This document shows positions 32,095 through 33,000 of a DNA stretch of 33,000 nucleotides, piece after piece. A model generated the notes under the pieces. It had not been told where the DNA came from, searched no databases, and was given only the letters and a program-made list of their open reading frames with translations. The stretch spans positions 103,036 through 136,035 of the forward strand of contig RDEW01000011.1 in assembly GCA_011109175.1 (NCBI GenBank). The letters are read 5' to 3'. Origin of the DNA: Dicyema japonicum. Its lineage: Eukaryota; Animalia; Dicyemida. Every line of letters starts with the position of its first letter. Within the stretch, counting starts at the first letter, position 1. The position numbers and the translations under genes were made by a program.

Positions 32095-32390
32095 TCTCAG
32101 GACGGCGAGCGAGATTCGCTCAAATAACCAGCAGCGCTCACGGGGATCTCCTAATCGCAGAAATCCGATTCACTAGTTGATTCAAGAATTCCAGCGTCGC
32201 AGGCGCAAGGGAGCCAGATGTCTGGAATGAACAAAATCCTTGGGTAGGTCCACGTACTCTGCCTATTTCAAATTCTCAACGGCAGAACAGGCTCCGGAGG
32301 CACTTTTGAGTAGGTTACATAGGGCAAACGTGTCCGTGCAGAAGATCCGAGTGAAGATTCCACAGATGGAAATTATATGAGCAATCTAAA
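32095..32390 (+). repeat. Dispersed GC-rich repeat, copy 2 (probable LINE 5' end / ORF1 start)
   Basis: The first about 165 bp align with 15045-15205. Confidence 0.7.
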
Positions 32391-32519
32391 TTAAACAAAG
32401 GAATCACTAAATTTATGTTTTTTATATTCTTAAACTAAAATGACAGAAAAGCTATTAATAATAAAAAATATTTGTCATATATCTGGAGATAGCATTATGA
32501 AACCTTCGGAAGCTCTATG

Positions 32520-33000
32520 ATGCCAAAATCGTCTAAATTGTCTACATGGACGACGCTGACTGTATCAGAAGACAGATCGGCCCTACTTTGACTTTTCGAG
32601 GTGGCACCTGCTGAACAGAAAGTTTCTCAAAGTGAACACCTCAAAAACCGACATTATGGAAATCAGGAGAATGGAAAGCAGATCAAGTGAAACATAGCGA
32701 AAAAGAAACAAACTTGGCTCTTTACTTGGATACAGTCAAGATATTGCCAGAGAAAGGCCCTCGCTCGGGTAACTATGAACAAGTTGAAGAAAGAGTGGAT
32801 TAGCAAACGATGATCTTGCACATCACTTCGTTTGAGACTATATGGAGCCTTTGTCAAGCCGATCCTAATATAAAATTCATCGACCTGGAGGATTTCCAAA
32901 ACCGAACAACTTGGACTAGATTCTTCCATCGAAGACAACTTAGATCCTTACTAGGACTGAACTGGCCAACAAGAATAAACAAGGAATTACTATATAAGAG
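32520..33000 (+). mobile_element. RTE-like LINE RT/thumb remnant (runs off the window)
   Basis: IVYMDDAD, LKVNTSKT, KLGSLLG..QDI, LRLYGAFVKPIL, HRRQLRSLLGLNWP. In-frame stops present. Confidence 0.85.

Noticed and set aside
1-33000. CRISPR arrays, operons or other prokaryotic systems
   Set aside because: The DNA is intron-containing and eukaryotic, and no regularly spaced repeat-spacer array was seen.

Overview
AT-rich eukaryotic, probably metazoan, nuclear DNA. Its genes are split by extremely short spliceosomal introns (mostly 21-26 nt), which by inference points to a dicyemid-like parasite, possibly as a contaminant contig. Recognisable genes are YPEL5, MRPS15, a GH18 chitinase-like protein, an ATG8-family protein, a kinesin-5-like protein, GLDC (glycine cleavage P protein) and EIF3F, plus small orphan candidates. 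The intergenic space is a dense mosaic of decayed mobile-element fragments: CRE-, RTE-, I/Jockey- and R4/NeSL-type non-LTR elements, Penelope-like and hAT remnants, and about 8 copies of a tRNA-headed SINE. Four genes stand out. (1) The kinesin-5 has lost its P-loop, switch I and switch II but keeps the microtubule-binding loop and a BimC box. (2) The ATG8 stops exactly at the lipidation glycine. (3) The GH18 has a degenerate catalytic motif and a hydrophobic C-terminal tail. (4) GLDC lacks the segment carrying the PLP-binding lysine. Scattered 1-2 nt frameshifts look like uncorrected assembly errors. All gene models were translated and aligned by eye from remembered family motifs; no searches were run.
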